From: Pseudogymnoascus verrucosus
Lineage: Eukaryota
NCBI GenBank assembly: GCA_001662655.1
Contig: KV460254.1
DNA length: 64,000 nt
Direction: 5' to 3' (one strand)
This document shows, piece after piece, positions 61,689 to 64,000 of the stretch. Within the stretch, counting starts at the first letter, position 1; every line of letters begins with the position of its first letter. The position numbers and the translations under genes are program-made. The notes beneath the pieces are model-generated. The model saw only the letters and a program-made list of their open reading frames with translations, was not told where the DNA came from and did no database searches.

Positions 61689-63947
61689 ACGTGTGTCCCA
61701 CGAGCCACACGACTTCATCTTGAATTCACGTCCCTTCCAGACCTACCTTTCGCAGTCGAACAGCTTGGGAATACAGGGAGCCTATCACATTGGGAGAAGG
61801 AGGGGGCTTTTTTGCTACATTTTAAGCGCGGGGGAGGGTTTTTACTAATTTTTATTCACGAATGATGCGGAGTTTGCTGGCGCGGTCACTATCATCAAGA
61901 CTACACGAGACACACCATACACATACACAGATTTTTGCTGAGAAAAGAAAAAGCTTGGGAGACGGGCGTTAGGTGGCGGAGCGGGGGGTTGGCGTTTTGT
62001 TTTTGCGGCATATTGATACCACTAGGTGCTTGCTTGATAGGTCTTTTATGGCGTTTGGCTGGATAAGATGAGGGGGATTTGGCTTTAGCTAATGAGGGAG
62101 AGGGGGACAGGAGGAGGCGGATTTGCTTTGAAAAGTTGCTCGATTTAGAGGCGGTAGACTCATCATCAGACAATTTCACTCATGCTGTGGCGGCTTTCTT
62201 TGTCTCTTCGCACTCTAATATTTTGCACGTCCCGTGTCTGGAACTCTGTACCGTGCTTGCTGTAAAATTCCCCATATTCGCTACCCTCTTCCCAGCAACC
62301 ATCGATCATGACGGGCCAGCCCCCTGCCCCTCCCAACGCCATAATCGGACCGTTGCTGTGCTGTCATAATCCACCGTCCTCCATCAACTGCCCTCACACG
62401 ATGTGATGAGCACACGAGTCAAGATCTGAAGTACGGAGATATCCATCCACAGTGTGTATCACCGCCCGTCTCCCGTTTCCACTCCCACTACAAGCCAAAG
62501 CACCCCGCATTCTCCTCCCCACCCGCTGTTACTAGTAAAGACATACGGCACACGTGGTACGCCAGCCGGGAGGGGGGAGGGGGTGGCAATAAGTCTGGGC
62601 TGGGGCTTGAGCTCGACTCCTCCAGCCAGGGCGATCCGTTGCATTGCCATGGTTACGGCGGCGGAGTGGTTGTAGTGGCTGTGGTTCACGGTGATATTCT
62701 CGGACGGTGCCACGCACCGCGGCGAGGAGAAATAGGTCTTACCACGTCACGCATCACAAGACTGCGAACCAGACGATGCAGAGAGCTCGGGGTACATTGC
62801 GGCGGGGGGGAGTAGGAGTACACGGTGTGTACTGTCATCCGCGTGTGTTTGCTTGATACCGTGACGAGGAATACAGTTCTACCAGCGCCGTAGCAGCTGG
62901 TACACAGCTCCGTGTCTGTTTGCGAGCTGTATATACTCACCCCGCACGCCATCCATAGCTGACACGCGTCTGAAAGCGGCATGATGGTATACAGATATAT
63001 TATATCGCATTGTATCGATCGTATCGATCGTACTGTAAATTGCTATATCGACGGGACTATACCGTATCTGCTACAATGCGGGCAGGGATGTTACTGGTCA
63101 AGTGCCGGGTGCAGGGAGAACGCTGTCTGCCGGATTGGAAGCGCGCGCTGATTGGCGCCGGTGAAACCTTTTTTGGACGTCCTTGACGTAGATGGCGGGT
63201 GAGAATCAACGGAGAAGACGGGAGAAAGAAAAGAACACTACACCGCCAGCACATAATGATATTGAATGATGAGTACGATATGGGATTGTGGGGGAAGTCT
63301 GGGGTACGACGGGAGAGAGAGAAACATGGGCGAGGAGGATCTTCAGTGGGATATCAGGTGAGAGATGTGATACCAAGCCGTGGAGATACTGTACTCCATA
63401 CATGGACGAGGACGGAGCACTCAGTGTCCCCGTCACCTACCTGCTCTGCGACACTTCTGTCTCCCCTCTATAACCTGTATTTGACCGCGTTTACGCCGCG
63501 GATACCACACCGGAAGTGGCAACCCACGTCGTTCATTCGATATCGCCAGACATCTTGTTTATGCACCACGGGTCGATGAGGGGTTACCTACCGCTACCAT
63601 TCAAGCTCTAACTCCCGCACCGTGAGGATGTGTGTCTTACCTGCTCCTTCTTACCCAAACCTCAAACAAGTCCCCGCGAATACACGTCGTGCACCCCATC
63701 CAATGCACGCACAACACCCGTTGACCCTGCTTACCCCTCCCTGGTCCCTTCCTATCCTTCGCTTCCATGCCCTCCCCCGCGACTTCCCTATGCGGTGCTC
63801 TGCTGCTTGTATAAATGATGATTTCCCCGCCCGCCCCAGGCAGGCAATGGGATCTGTCATACCTCCTGCGTATTCCCATTGACTTCTCACTTTCTCCCCA
63901 ATTACAAAGATAAATCTCTCCTGTTCTGGAAAATACAGCAAATCACC

Positions 63948-64000
63948 ATGGGTCTCGCTCTGAAGAAGCCGAAAGACGTGCCCGGCCGCTCGTGGCCTGC
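63948..64000 (+). CDS. 5' end of a probable MFS sugar porter (glucose transporter/sensor-like), partial
   Basis: caccATGG context. MGLALKKPKDVPGRSWPA resembles N-termini of fungal high-affinity glucose transporters. TATAAA at 63810 and a long upstream region. Confidence 0.6.
   Translation, partial: MGLALKKPKDVPGRSWP

Noticed and set aside
62403..62430. Box C (GTGATGA) and box D (CTGA) snoRNA-like pair
   Set aside because: Boxes are under 20 nt apart, with no terminal stem or recognisable guide.

Overview
Gene-dense eukaryotic DNA from a filamentous ascomycete: short GT-AG introns with CTRAC/CTAAC branch points. A Leotiomycete such as Pseudogymnoascus is a tentative inference. About 24 complete protein-coding genes plus two partial ones at the edges: 14-3-3, SERCA-type Ca2+-ATPase, proteasome beta3, TUG/Ubx4-like UBX protein, RPL36, MRI1, Cdc6, WW+PhoD-like protein, phosphomannomutase, eIF2-gamma, DUF1640, Bud23, Svp26, a Ser/Arg-rich unknown, a chromodomain protein, synaptojanin-like phosphatase, hybrid histidine kinase, class 3 lipase, a large charged repeat protein, Rom2-like RhoGEF, Vma11, Vps34, Nse4, and the start of a sugar porter. 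I found no rRNA, tRNA, transposase or true CRISPR array. The most striking unexplained signal is a recurrent strand-following switch from C-rich to G/T-rich synonymous sites at the 3' ends of many genes. Other items: two periodic arrays in convergent 3' gaps, an 8-nt microexon, an ATG-only first exon, stop-free in-frame introns, uORFs, a possible readthrough PTS1-like tail and an unannotated small ORF. Exon boundaries were read by eye, and products are assigned by motif recognition, not database search.
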